A stretch of 64,000 bases of DNA from an uncultured bacterium (GCA_963934795.1 CAWWAF010000006.1:1757-65756), one strand, 5' to 3'. Positions 53,358 through 62,455 are shown, numbered from the stretch's first letter. The notes: generated by a model from the letters alone, not told the origin. Made by a program: numbers and translations.

Positions 53358-54521
53358 ATGTCGAAGCAGACCACCCGTCGTGAAGTGCTCAAGGGCGGCG
53401 CCGCCATCGCTGGGCTCGGGGCGCTCGGTTTTCCTCAATGGGGGCTGCCGGCGTTGGCCCAGGGAGAGATGCTCGTCGAGTTCACCGACTTGCCTGACGA
53501 GATCGTCCTGGAGCGGACCCCGGACCGGCGGATCATCGAGGTTCGGGACATCGATGGACCCATTACACCGGCGAACAAGTGGTTTACGACACAGCACTAT
53601 GGGCACCCGGTCATCGACCGTGCCACCTACAGGTTGCGCGTGTCCGGCTTGGTCGACTCGCCGCTCGAGCTGTCGCTGGCTGATCTCCGGGCGATGCCCA
53701 GTCGGGAATTGGTCTTTGGCTTCGAGTGTTCAGGGAACCGAGGTCCGCAGAACGGTCTGTCGAGTAACGGTCGATGGACCGGCGTGTCGCTGCGCACCGT
53801 CCTCGAGCGTGCGGGTATCCAGGACCCCGCCAGCGAGTTCGTCTTCTTCGGGGCTGACCGCGGCGAGGAAGAGGTTGATTTTCGCGGTCGTACCACGACG
53901 GTGGAGCAGCAGTACGGCCGGAGTCTCAGGCGGCACGTCGCCCTGTCCGACGAGCCGATGCTGGCCTACGCGCTGAATGGCGATCCGCTGACCATACATC
54001 AGGGGAGTCCGCTACGACTGCTGGTGCCCGGCTGGTATGGCGCGCCGAACGTCAAGTTCCTCTCTGAGATTCATGTTCAGGAAGATCAGTATCTTGGGAA
54101 GTTCCAGGCGCGGCACTATCGAACGCTGAAGGGCGAAATGGTCAACGGCGAGATGAAGTGGAAAGAGACCGGCATCTCCAAGATGAGGTTGAAGTCCTAC
54201 ATCGCCCGGGTGACCAAGATGGGGAACCAACACAAGGTGTTCGGCGTGATCATGCACGACGGGACACCGATTCAGTCCGTCGAGGTGCGTATCGACGACG
54301 GTCCCTGGCAGCCGGCGACACTTGACCCGTCCACGAGCGAAAAGTACTCGTGGAAGTTCTTCAGCTACGACTGGAACGGCGCGACTCCTGGCGAGCACAC
54401 CGTGACGTCGCGGGCTACCGATACCAGTGGCTATGTGCAGCCGACATCTGAGGAACTCGAGGTCAAGAAGACCTTCCTCGAGCAGAACAATCAGCATCCG
54501 CGCACGCTGATCATCGCGTAG
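53358..54521 (+). CDS. Sulfite-oxidase-family molybdopterin oxidoreductase (SorA-like) with Tat signal
   Basis: TRREVLKGGAAIAGLGALG, FGFECSGNRG (Mo-ligand Cys context), LLVPGWYGAPNVKFL, and a C-terminal dimerisation-type beta domain. Confidence 0.8.
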   Translation: MSKQTTRREVLKGGAAIAGLGALGFPQWGLPALAQGEMLVEFTDLPDEIVLERTPDRRIIEVRDIDGPITPANKWFTTQHYGHPVIDRATYRLRVSGLVDSPLELSLADLRAMPSRELVFGFECSGNRGPQNGLSSNGRWTGVSLRTVLERAGIQDPASEFVFFGADRGEEEVDFRGRTTTVEQQYGRSLRRHVALSDEPMLAYALNGDPLTIHQGSPLRLLVPGWYGAPNVKFLSEIHVQEDQYLGKFQARHYRTLKGEMVNGEMKWKETGISKMRLKSYIARVTKMGNQHKVFGVIMHDGTPIQSVEVRIDDGPWQPATLDPSTSEKYSWKFFSYDWNGATPGEHTVTSRATDTSGYVQPTSEELEVKKTFLEQNNQHPRTLIIA

Positions 54522-54547
54522 TTCGGGCTCCACAGGTACACGGCGGC

Positions 54548-54582
54548 GGCCCGGCAGACACTGCGTCTGGCGGGCCGTTTGT
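54548..54582 (+). terminator. Probable terminator hairpin after the sulfite-oxidase-like gene
   Basis: GGCCCGGCAGAC-ACTGC-GTCTGGCGGGCC, a 12-bp stem with one mismatch, followed by GTTTGT. Confidence 0.5.
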
Positions 54583-54651
54583 CGTGTACGGGGCGCGTGG
54601 CAACGAGGTGGGCGACGGTGGCAGCCCGTTCAGGGGCGCCGCCGCACCAGA

Positions 54652-55410
54652 TCAGTCAATCGCAAAGCAATAGAAGAGCCCGGCGCCGCCGGTCGCAATG
54701 AGATCTTCCTGTCCGCAGCCGCGGGAGGGATGCTCCGAGTTCCACGAGTTGATGCCGTCACCGCGGCCGATCCGGTCGTGGTGTCCGACCATGGCGCTGC
54801 CCTCGCCGCCAGACGTCCAGTTCCCACAGGTGCGGTCCTCGCCGAGTGGGAACGCCGTCCCGTCCGGTTGTGACCCGGTCAGGATATCGTGCCGATTCGG
54901 GTCGTCGCCCACGCCGTTCACCGGGTCAAGGCGCTCGGTCGTCGCCCGCTCCTTGTTCACATTGTTGTCGTCGCTGTGCAGGGCGTCGACATTGGCCGCG
55001 ATGAGCAGCGCCTCGGCGTTGTACCAGGGTCCGGCGCCAATGCGGTCGCGTGCGTGCACCGCTGATTCGGTCTCCGTCGCCGAGGTGCTCAGATACGCCC
55101 GCCACGTATGGTCACCGGCATATTCCGCCTGAGCGAGCGCCTGGCAGTGGGCGTCTGCTCCCGCAAGTCCCCCCAGTTCACCGCCGGTTCCCGGGCCGAC
55201 GCTGGTAATGAAGAAGGTGGTGACCGACTTGGCGCCACCCATCTCGATCATGTCCGGCACGGTTGGTTCGGGATCCGTGTCTGGCATCGCGGCCTGAGCC
55301 TGAGCCGCGGACTCGGGGGGCGGAGCCTCGGCCCCCGCGCACGCGACGGCACCAACGGATAGCAAGCAGGCGAGACCGACGAGGGCCGGTCTACGTGTGA
55401 GGTGTCTCAT
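54652..55410 (-). CDS. Secreted endostatin/DUF1554-like protein; paralog of 5794..6438
   Basis: AGGAGA upstream of ATG 55410. Lipoprotein-like signal LSVGAVAC. GGLAGADAHCQALAQAEYAGDHTWRAYLST, DRTCGNWTS, LFYCFA. Confidence 0.75.
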   Translation of the reverse strand: MRHLTRRPALVGLACLLSVGAVACAGAEAPPPESAAQAQAAMPDTDPEPTVPDMIEMGGAKSVTTFFITSVGPGTGGELGGLAGADAHCQALAQAEYAGDHTWRAYLSTSATETESAVHARDRIGAGPWYNAEALLIAANVDALHSDDNNVNKERATTERLDPVNGVGDDPNRHDILTGSQPDGTAFPLGEDRTCGNWTSGGEGSAMVGHHDRIGRGDGINSWNSEHPSRGCGQEDLIATGGAGLFYCFAID

Positions 55411-55548
55411 CTGAGTTCTCCTGTCCGGTATGGTGCCCGTGGCCTGCGGTCGCGTCAACCCTCACTCGTGGCTCGCGGGGTCAGACGTATAATCGCATCA
55501 CTCTTCATCTTGTCGAGGCAGGATTCGGAACGGCAGAGGAACCAGCGA

Positions 55549-56247
55549 ATGGAACCGAAACGATTCTTGATTACCGGGGGCAGCCAAGGCATCGGAGCGG
55601 CGCTGGTAGGCTTGGCACGCCGTGAGGGGCACACCGTGGTCTTTACGGGCCGACACGAGGAGACCATCGCGCCGGTGGCCAGCGAGACGGGCGCCGTCGG
55701 GGTGACGGCCGACAGTCGCGTCGAGGCTGACAACGCGCGCGTCATCGAGATCTGCCAACGACAGATGAGCGGCATCGACGTCCTGGTGAACAATGCCGCC
55801 TCCTGGTATGACGCGGCCATCGGCGAGTTGGACATGGACGCCATGCGCCGCCTGTTCGACAGCAACGTCTTTGGCATGGTGGACTTGACCAACCGTGTCG
55901 TGCCTCTCATGAAGGCGCAGCAGCGAGGCGACATCGTCAACCTCTCGTCAACGTCAGGGACGAAAGGACGCAAGCTCGGCACCGCCTACGCGGCCAGCAA
56001 GTGGGCGGTGCGCGGCATCACCCAATGCTGGCAGGCTGAGCTGCGCCCACACAGTATTCGCGTGGTGAGCATCTGTCCCTCCGAGGTCCAGACCCGGTGG
56101 GGGGGCCGTGACGGGCGAGACAATCCGAACAAGCTCTACGCGGTCGACGTCGCCCAGACGATCATGGCGGCGCTTGCTATGCATCCCCGGGCGTTCTGGC
56201 CGGAGTTGTCGGTGTTTGCGACGAACCCGTGGAAAGAAGAGTCATGA
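55549..56247 (+). CDS. SDR family oxidoreductase
   Basis: ITGGSQGIGAAL, NNAA, YAASKWAV. AGAGGA upstream of ATG 55549. Confidence 0.85.
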   Translation: MEPKRFLITGGSQGIGAALVGLARREGHTVVFTGRHEETIAPVASETGAVGVTADSRVEADNARVIEICQRQMSGIDVLVNNAASWYDAAIGELDMDAMRRLFDSNVFGMVDLTNRVVPLMKAQQRGDIVNLSSTSGTKGRKLGTAYAASKWAVRGITQCWQAELRPHSIRVVSICPSEVQTRWGGRDGRDNPNKLYAVDVAQTIMAALAMHPRAFWPELSVFATNPWKEES

Positions 56248-57470
56248 CAGCGAGACCCAGACCTGACGCCAGTGCGTGCCTGGCCACACTCGGGGTGTGG
56301 TTGGCTGTGACCGGGACCGCCATCGCGCAGCCGCCCCCCGGACTACCGCCGCTACCGTTGCCAGACGGGCCCCGCGTGTTCGATACCGCGGAGCATCCCC
56401 AGGTGCGGCTCGTGGTCGTGACGCGTGGCCTGTCACACCCGTGGGGGCTCGCGTTTCTGCCAGACGGGCGTCTGCTCGTGACCGAGCGTGACGGCCGCCT
56501 GCGTGTCATACGGGACGGCGTGCTGGACCCCCAGCCGGTGTCAGGCGTGCCGGACGTGCACACGCGCGGGCTGGCTGGCCTGATGGACGTGGCCATCCAT
56601 CCGCAATTTGCTGAGAATGCCTGGGTATACCTCACGTACTCCAAGCCGATGAGGCCGTCTGAGAATGACGAGGTGCGGGTGGCGCTCGCGCGCGGCCGAC
56701 TCGAGGGGTCGGCGCTTCGGGACGTCCGCGATCTCTTCGTCTCGGATCCAGTTGGCGGGGGGGGCACCGCCGCCTCCCGCGTGGTTTTCGGCCGGGACGG
56801 CACGTTGTTCATGACCGTGGGTGGAGCGTTTGGCGCCAGCGCCGGGGGCAGGCGCGCGCAGGATCCTGCCAACACGATTGGCAAGCTCGTGCGGCTGGAC
56901 GACGATGGGGGCATCCCTGACGACAACCCTTTCGTCGGGCAAGACGGCTTTCGCCCCGAGGTCTTTTCGTCGGGCCATCGGAATCAGCTGGGTTTGACCG
57001 TCCACCCCGACACTGGAGCGATCTGGGCCCACGAGAACGGGCCGCAGGGGGGCGATGAGGTGAACCTGATTCGCGCCGGTGCCAACTACGGCTGGCCCGT
57101 GGTGTCCCACAGCCGCGAATACTCGGGTGGGAGGGTGGCGGCGCGAACCTACGCGGAGGGGATGGCACCGCCAGAGATCGTCTGGCTGCCGGCCATCGCG
57201 CCGTCGGGCATGGTGTTCTACGACGGTGACCGCTTTCCAGGATGGAAGGGCAATTTGTTCGTCGGGGCGCTCAGGATCGGCAGCATCCGAAACACCGGGC
57301 ATTTGCAGAGGATCGTGTTCAACGAGGAGGGACAGGAAGCCCGGCGCGAGTCCCTCCTGACGGAGCTGCGACAGCGGATTCGTGACGTCCGCCAGGGACC
57401 GGACGGCCTGCTCTATGTGTTGACAGACGCGGACGAGGCCGCGCTGCTACGGCTGGAGCCGGTCGACTAG
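56244..57470 (+). CDS. PQQ-dependent sugar dehydrogenase (soluble aldose/sorbosone dehydrogenase family)
   Basis: ATGA overlap with the SDR gene. Signal peptide. LSHPWGLAFLPDGRLLVTERDGRLRVI, SGHRNQLGL, HENGPQGGDEVN, NYGWP. Confidence 0.85.
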   Translation: MTARPRPDASACLATLGVWLAVTGTAIAQPPPGLPPLPLPDGPRVFDTAEHPQVRLVVVTRGLSHPWGLAFLPDGRLLVTERDGRLRVIRDGVLDPQPVSGVPDVHTRGLAGLMDVAIHPQFAENAWVYLTYSKPMRPSENDEVRVALARGRLEGSALRDVRDLFVSDPVGGGGTAASRVVFGRDGTLFMTVGGAFGASAGGRRAQDPANTIGKLVRLDDDGGIPDDNPFVGQDGFRPEVFSSGHRNQLGLTVHPDTGAIWAHENGPQGGDEVNLIRAGANYGWPVVSHSREYSGGRVAARTYAEGMAPPEIVWLPAIAPSGMVFYDGDRFPGWKGNLFVGALRIGSIRNTGHLQRIVFNEEGQEARRESLLTELRQRIRDVRQGPDGLLYVLTDADEAALLRLEPVD

Positions 57471-57514
57471 TCGAGGAAGCGCTCGCGGCACCGGGTGCCG
57501 ACGCCCCCAGACGA

Positions 57515-58513
57515 CTATGGGGTGACGATCACCGTGACGTCACCGTCCACGCCCAAGGCGCCGTCAGACGCGAGACAGCGCAACACGTAGGTGCCGGGTT
57601 CATCGAAGGTCACCTCGACGTCCCAGGTGTCGTCGTCGGGAAGTGGCGGTGGGTACCAGTAGTTGGCCCAGGGCGAGTTCGCATGCACCCGGGTGTCTTC
57701 CCATACTTTGATCTGTTCTGGCGAGAAGGTGACTGCGCCTTCGCCGCGATAGACGTACCACGACACACGCAGTCCGGTCGCGCTGCCAACGGTGATCTGG
57801 CGTGGTTTCATCCACCCGGCCGGAACGTCAGCTGCAGCTCGACCAAATGGGCTGGTGCTTCGGCGCGGCTCCGTGGCCTTGGGCACGCCATCGTCGGTGG
57901 CGACGGCCGTCAGGCGCACCGGCTCGCCCACTCGGACGGTGCGGCGGTCGACGGGGCCTTCAACCCGCAGCGTTGGCGCCAGGTTGGCCCGAATGGCCGG
58001 GTTGGTCGTGCCGGCTCCGATAGCGCCCTGCTCGGAGGCTTTGATCAGTCCATCAACCCGGTAGTCGAGCCTGAGCGAGGCGTAGGCACTGACCGTGGTT
58101 CCGTTCGCGGTCAACGTCCAGATGACCTCGTCCGCTTCTCTGAAGTCCTCGGGTACGGGGACCCGGAACACGAATCGGTTGCGGCGGGGGAGGAAACGGG
58201 TCGGCTGTCCCTGGTCAGCGACGGCGGCGTCAAAGGCCGCTGGGTCCGCGCCCCCGCTGCCAGCGGCGCCCAGGACAAAGTAGTTGTTCGGGCCGACCGG
58301 CACATTCGGCTCCTGCTCCCAGTTCGCGTTCATGTAGCCGAACAGGAAGTATAGGGAGCCGTCCTCCTCCTCCTCCCACCCTTCAAAGGCGGTCGACACT
58401 GGTTGTTCGGAGCGGTAGCTCAGCTGGGCATCGGCGTCGGGCGCACAGAGCGCTATCGCCGCCAGGATGCCAAGCGCCGCAGTCAGTGTGGGCCGATTGG
58501 TCGCGTAGCTCAC
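57515..58513 (-). CDS. Secreted beta-rich protein with C-terminal Ig/PKD-like domain; partner gene of cassette copy 2
   Basis: GTGA overlap with the upstream gene. Signal peptide ends ...APDADAQ. Collinear with 1044..2018. Confidence 0.8.
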   Translation of the reverse strand: MSYATNRPTLTAALGILAAIALCAPDADAQLSYRSEQPVSTAFEGWEEEEDGSLYFLFGYMNANWEQEPNVPVGPNNYFVLGAAGSGGADPAAFDAAVADQGQPTRFLPRRNRFVFRVPVPEDFREADEVIWTLTANGTTVSAYASLRLDYRVDGLIKASEQGAIGAGTTNPAIRANLAPTLRVEGPVDRRTVRVGEPVRLTAVATDDGVPKATEPRRSTSPFGRAAADVPAGWMKPRQITVGSATGLRVSWYVYRGEGAVTFSPEQIKVWEDTRVHANSPWANYWYPPPLPDDDTWDVEVTFDEPGTYVLRCLASDGALGVDGDVTVIVTP

Positions 58514-60066
58514 TGTTGCTGCCCGCCCTGTTCTTGCCCACCCTGCGCGTCGGCCTCAGCTCTGGCTTCCGCGGCCGCTTCCTCGGCTTTGTCGAGCGAA
58601 ATCTGGGCGGCCGCCAGCTTTTTCTCGGCCGCCGCGGCCTTGGCATCGGCGGTCAGTTCTTCAGGAATGACTTGGCAGAGCGGGCACCCGATGATGTGGT
58701 CGTTGCGCGTGACATTGTGCAGCTCGCGGCGCTCGTTCATCGCCTCCTGAAACTGCTCGTCCGACATCGAGACGCCATTGCCCAGGTCGATGAACATGTT
58801 CGACACAGACCGGTTGCCGGAGCCTTGCCAGTTGCGTGGGTCGGGGATGTTCTTGTTGCCTTCGGTGTTGTCCATCTCCCCGGTGATGTGGAGGATGGTG
58901 CCCTTTGGCAACAGCGGCTCATAGCCGTGCTCATACTGGTAGCCACGCACCCAGTTGTGGTCGTATCCCGCGCACGTCAGCGTTTCAACGTTGATCCCCC
59001 AGATCGCTTCCAGGCACATCCGCGCGCCTGGGGCGTGCAGATGCGGCTCGAATGTGGTGATCTTGGTGTTTTCAGGCAGCACATAGTAGGCGTGCAGTTC
59101 CTGGTTTTTCTTGTTCGCCTGAATGTCGATATCCACGCCGTTGCCGAGAGGTCGTAGCGACCACCGGAACTTCGGCTCGTAGCCCTCCGGCTGGAAACGC
59201 CACCCGATTTCCAGGTGCGACTTGGTGTCCTTGCCGTTCGAGTGCAAGTGGACCGAGTCGGATACCACCTTGGCGTTGGCGTGCAGTAGCGGGGAGCCAT
59301 CTGGATCGAACACATCCGCGTTGCGGCCGACCTCGTGGACGGGCCAGAACGACGCCGCGCTCGGGCGACCGTCGTCGCCAATGACCTGGGTGCTCCAGAT
59401 CATGTGGTGGAAGACGAACCGTCCACCGACTGTCTCGCGCGAGTCCTCGGTGTCCAGGACGTCGTTGACCTCTCGAATTTCTACCGACGCGACATACCGA
59501 TCGGTCGGGATGCCCACGTCAACCGGCGCGATTTCGCCCCACCAGTCGGGGGCGTCGCCGGCCATGATGAGATCTTCTGTCACGGTGATGAGATCGGGCT
59601 CGCCAGCCGTCCAGAGTCCCGCGCCGCCAACCGGTTTCAGTGGCGGCATGTCGGCGGGATTACCCCGCGGGGCGCCGTTGTCGGCCCAGGCCGCCATTTT
59701 CGCCACTTCCTCGTTACTCAACGACGGATCAAATTGATATGCCTGGATGCCGATGTTCTTCTCGACATACCACGGGGGCATGACGCCGGCCACCGGGCCC
59801 ATCCCCGTCCGCATCTTCATGGCGCGGGCCCAGGGGCGTGCATCTTCATAGGTGATCAGCGACATGGGCGCCACGGAGTCGGGCTGGTGGCAGTGCTGGC
59901 AGCTGCGCTGCAAGATCGGCGCGATGTCCTTCGTGAAGGTCACCTCGTCGTGATCGGCCGGTGCGCTTTGCCCGGCCGAACCGGTGGCAGGGAGCGCCAG
60001 GCTCACGGCCACCAACAGTGCTCCGAACAGACTCGACTTCACGTGATAAAACTGGTGCGATCTCAT
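58510..60066 (-). CDS. Cytochrome c (PSCyt1-like) fused to a PHM/DBH-like copper-monooxygenase-pattern domain, with C-terminal CxxC and Ala/Glu/Gln-rich tail
   Basis: Signal peptide. FTKDIAPILQRSCQHCHQP ... MPPW. Then FHHM, VHLHSNG, PHLHAPGARMC and SNMF in the order HH..HxH..HxH..M. Tail CPLC...AAAEKKLAAAQISLDKAEEAAAEARAEADAQGGQEQGGQQQ. Confidence 0.8.
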   Translation of the reverse strand: MRSHQFYHVKSSLFGALLVAVSLALPATGSAGQSAPADHDEVTFTKDIAPILQRSCQHCHQPDSVAPMSLITYEDARPWARAMKMRTGMGPVAGVMPPWYVEKNIGIQAYQFDPSLSNEEVAKMAAWADNGAPRGNPADMPPLKPVGGAGLWTAGEPDLITVTEDLIMAGDAPDWWGEIAPVDVGIPTDRYVASVEIREVNDVLDTEDSRETVGGRFVFHHMIWSTQVIGDDGRPSAASFWPVHEVGRNADVFDPDGSPLLHANAKVVSDSVHLHSNGKDTKSHLEIGWRFQPEGYEPKFRWSLRPLGNGVDIDIQANKKNQELHAYYVLPENTKITTFEPHLHAPGARMCLEAIWGINVETLTCAGYDHNWVRGYQYEHGYEPLLPKGTILHITGEMDNTEGNKNIPDPRNWQGSGNRSVSNMFIDLGNGVSMSDEQFQEAMNERRELHNVTRNDHIIGCPLCQVIPEELTADAKAAAAEKKLAAAQISLDKAEEAAAEARAEADAQGGQEQGGQQQ

Positions 60067-60236
60067 GAAAACCCCTTCGTTGCCAAGACACGCCGTGGTC
60101 TGGACCAGGTACTAAGGGAAGACTACGCCGCCATTCGTGCGATGTCTATGGGACCTAAGAAGTAGATGTTGAGCATGGGCGGATGGCGGATGCGAATTGG
60201 GGCGTAGTTGCCCGAATCTGATACAGATACAGACCG

Positions 60237-60893
60237 ATGCCGAAACGACCGACTGCGCAGTCACGACTCGACACGCACGTGCGTGCGTTGCTCCGCTGTA
60301 CAACGTGTCCGAAGATGCACCGGCCCGCGGTCAGCGGCGGGGCGGTGAGGAGCCGGGTGTTGCTCGTTGGGCAAGCGCCTGGCGACAAGGAACCGGTGTT
60401 GGGGCGACCGTTCGCGTGGACCGCGGGGCGAACCCTCTTTCGTTGGTTCGAGGAGAGCTGCGGGATGGACGAAGCCGCGTTCCGCGCCTCCGTCTACATG
60501 GCCGCGGTATGCCGGTGTTTTCCGGGCAAGAAAGCCACAGGGGGCGATCGGGTGCCCTCACGAGAGGAAATCGCCAACTGCGCGGTCTGGCTGGAGGCGG
60601 AATTCGACTTGCTCAAGCCGCAGTTAGTGATTCCGGTGGGCAAACTCGCGATTGCGCAGTTCATCCCGTGCCCTTCGCTCGTCGAGATTATCGGGACGTC
60701 ACAGCGCGTGCGGCGTGCGGGGCGTGCGATCGACGTGATTCCGCTGCCGCATCCTTCAGGCGCCTCTCCCTGGCCCCGTATGGAGCCGGGCAAGACACTG
60801 CTCGGGCACGCAATGCGGCTGATCACTGCGCACCCCGCGTTCGTGGCGGCAAAAAAAAGAGCGCCGCACCCGGTCGGGCGCGACGCTCTCTAG
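60237..60893 (+). CDS. Uracil-DNA glycosylase superfamily protein (family 4/5-like)
   Basis: LLVGQAPG, F.WTAGRTLF, IPLPHPSGASPW. Cys residues (CTTC, CRC, C) are compatible with an Fe-S cluster. Confidence 0.8.
   Translation: MPKRPTAQSRLDTHVRALLRCTTCPKMHRPAVSGGAVRSRVLLVGQAPGDKEPVLGRPFAWTAGRTLFRWFEESCGMDEAAFRASVYMAAVCRCFPGKKATGGDRVPSREEIANCAVWLEAEFDLLKPQLVIPVGKLAIAQFIPCPSLVEIIGTSQRVRRAGRAIDVIPLPHPSGASPWPRMEPGKTLLGHAMRLITAHPAFVAAKKRAPHPVGRDAL
60851..60889 (-). terminator. Rho-independent terminator of the NIPSNAP gene, embedded in the 3' end of the convergent UDG gene
   Basis: Read on the minus strand: AGAGCGUCGCGCCC-GACC-GGGUGCGGCGCUCU, where G.U pairs replace plus-strand A.C mismatches, followed by U8 (A8 at 60851-60858 on the plus strand). 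Confidence 0.7.
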
Positions 60894-60963
60894 CGGATGG
60901 GCATGGTCCACTCGGCCCGGTTGGGTCGCCACGGGACGACCCCCCCCAAGGTAGTACGCCTTC

Positions 60964-61422
60964 CTACTTCAGATTCGAGTAGTCGGTGGGACTCATCCAG
61001 TAGACCTCGGCGCTGATCGGCACCGGGTATTTCGCTAGTAGGGCATCCCACGCCGGATCAGCCGCGAATTTCGCCCAGACGTCCTGCCGCTGCTCGAGAT
61101 CATCGTAGGCCAACATCCAGACCAGTGTGTTCGGATCGTCAAGACGCTGCCAGACCGCGATCACCTCAGCCCCATGCTTCTCGAAGATGGAGACCTCTTC
61201 CTCGCGGAAGCGCTGATGCAGGGTGTCGATATCACCGCCTTCGGCGACGTTTGCGGTGTACATCCGGATTTCAAAACACCGTGCGCTTGAGTCGACGTTT
61301 TTCGAAAAGTCGGCTGGTAGCTGGCCCTTTGGACCGCACGGCGGCGGCCCTGGACGCTGGGCCTGCGCTGTTCCGGTAAACGCGAAGCCGATGACCACGG
61401 CGGCGAGAATCGCTCTTTTCAT
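60964..61422 (-). CDS. NIPSNAP family protein with signal peptide
   Basis: GAGGGAGA upstream of the ATG. CFEIRMYTA...HGAEVIAVWQ...LVWMLAYDDLEQRQDVWAKFAADPAW. Confidence 0.75.
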   Translation of the reverse strand: MKRAILAAVVIGFAFTGTAQAQRPGPPPCGPKGQLPADFSKNVDSSARCFEIRMYTANVAEGGDIDTLHQRFREEEVSIFEKHGAEVIAVWQRLDDPNTLVWMLAYDDLEQRQDVWAKFAADPAWDALLAKYPVPISAEVYWMSPTDYSNLK

Positions 61423-61711
61423 GCCTGTCTCCCTCTCAAATGGTTGGCGGCCTCCGTGACGTGTCGGTTGTTGCCATCGGGACCGGTGCCAGAATATTTC
61501 TTCGACACCGCATTATAGGGAACTCCTTCGAGTCTCGGAAGCCGGGGGCACGCCGCCTGGACTATTGGTCGCCTCGAATGATGACGGGACGCGGCCCCTC
61601 GGTGCCTCGGCAGACATCCCCGCGCGACCCTGGCCCAAGCCACACCAGCTCCTCCGTTGTCGCCCTGCGGCGGTGTTCCATGGGATGCATCCTGCATCTC
61701 AGTTGCCATCC

Positions 61712-61834
61712 TCAACCGTAGACCAGGTCGAGCCGGCCCGGACAGTTCGCGACCGGGCATGCGTCCCCCAGCTGGTCGGTGGCGGACAAGATCTCGTGAA
61801 ACGGCGTGTCCGTGCTCTCCGGTTCCGCGTCCAT
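61712..61834 (-). CDS. Candidate 40-aa protein (below the ORF-track length cutoff)
   Basis: GGAGGA lies 6 nt upstream of the ATG. MDAEPESTDTPFHEILSATDQLGDACPVANCPGRLDLVYG. About 35 of 39 codons end in G or C. Starts 27 nt after the stop of the 150-aa gene. Confidence 0.4.
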   Translation of the reverse strand: MDAEPESTDTPFHEILSATDQLGDACPVANCPGRLDLVYG

Positions 61835-61861
61835 CTCTGTTCCTCCAGTCGGCTCATGGAT

Positions 61862-62314
61862 TCATGCTTGGGCGCGGCGCGCTTGGCGCACCCGACCTCT
61901 GGCAAGCTCGCGCAGCCGCTGTTCCAGCTCGTCCAATCCCTCGACACCGGGGCACGTCTCGGCCACGTATTGGATCCAATTCTCTACATAGCGGTCGAGC
62001 CAGCGCTCGAAATCACGACACGCGTCTTCGGTCGAGATGACCGCCAGGCTTCGGTCGGTCCAGATGGCGAAGCGTCCCGCCGCCAGATCAAACAGTTGGG
62101 CACGGTACACGACCTGATCGAGCGTGATCTGCGCCGAGTCGATCATCGCGGCGTCCATCGCGCGAAGCCGGTCGCGGGCCGCGTCCGTGGCCGTCGTCCA
62201 GATCGCGTGCCCCGGGGCACCGGGAGGAAACAGATTGTGTCCCTCCAGTGGGTCGCGATGCGACCAGCGCGGTTGGGCCGCCTCGAGAGTCGACAGTCGA
62301 GGCTCATCAGGCAT
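61862..62314 (-). CDS. Hypothetical cytoplasmic protein (150 aa)
   Basis: Natural-looking acidic/helical sequence with GC-rich third positions. The overlapping plus-strand ORF 61565..62422 is Arg-rich shadow sequence. No SD before the ATG and no family recognised. Confidence 0.5.
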   Translation of the reverse strand: MPDEPRLSTLEAAQPRWSHRDPLEGHNLFPPGAPGHAIWTTATDAARDRLRAMDAAMIDSAQITLDQVVYRAQLFDLAAGRFAIWTDRSLAVISTEDACRDFERWLDRYVENWIQYVAETCPGVEGLDELEQRLRELARGRVRQARRAQA

Positions 62315-62455
62315 CAGAGGAGTATAGTGGCCCCGAACCGGTCCGTCCGCGCGAGCGGGATGAACCGCAACATATGGTGCGTGGTTGGTTTACAATGTGC
62401 GCTCAATAGTTGTGGCGGGTAGGCCGACGTCTCGCATCATTCGTGTCTGGTGCCT

